Shown: one piece after another, positions 63,854-64,000 of the stretch | Layout: each line of letters begins with the position of its first letter | Numbering within the stretch: the first letter of the stretch is position 1 | Source: Eledone cirrhosa | Lineage: Eukaryota | Assembly (NCBI GenBank): GCA_964016885.1 | Contig: OZ024741.1 | Span: forward strand, 329,716,001 to 329,780,000 | Direction of reading: 5' to 3' | DNA: 64,000 bases | Program-made: the position numbers and the translations under genes | The notes under the pieces: model-generated | What the model was told of the DNA's origin: nothing | Seen by the model: the letters and a program-made list of their open reading frames with translations, nothing else | Databases searched by the model: none

Positions 63854-64000
63854 CTAACTGGCCCGTCCGGCTGGCATTCGGCTAGGTATACCTGCCCCCA
63901 CCACTCCACTGCAAAGATACCACACACCCTCCCGTGTCACATTGTCCTTCCGACTCTCTCTCTCTGAATAACTAACACTTTAATTGTATCTCTCTCTGTC

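Overview
AT-rich eukaryotic genomic DNA, dense in microsatellites and transposons. The repeat landscape suggests a cephalopod such as an octopus (inference): RTE LINEs with (TGA)n tails, tRNA-derived SINEs, mariner relics and very long (TA)n arrays. There is one credible host gene, a C2H2 zinc-finger gene on the minus strand with a single coding exon (35203-36669). The rest is RTE and L1/Tx1 LINE copies, mariner, piggyBac, hAT and Tigger-type relics, SINEs and simple repeats. The main hidden signal is about 20 type-I hammerhead ribozyme (HHR) motifs read by eye. About 9 have an intact CUGANGA...GAAA...UH core, and they come from at least 8 unrelated sequence families. Each sits in a short non-coding element next to (TA)n. 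Many occur as inverted pairs, one as a 458-nt partial tandem, and many carry unusually long stem II insertions. A decayed GIY-YIG remnant next to one of them points to Penelope-like elements or retrozymes. Secondary highlights are a zinc-finger array predicted to read (GA)n and a Tx1-like LINE that appears to target (TCTA/GA)n. All structures were folded by eye and coordinates may be off by a few nt.
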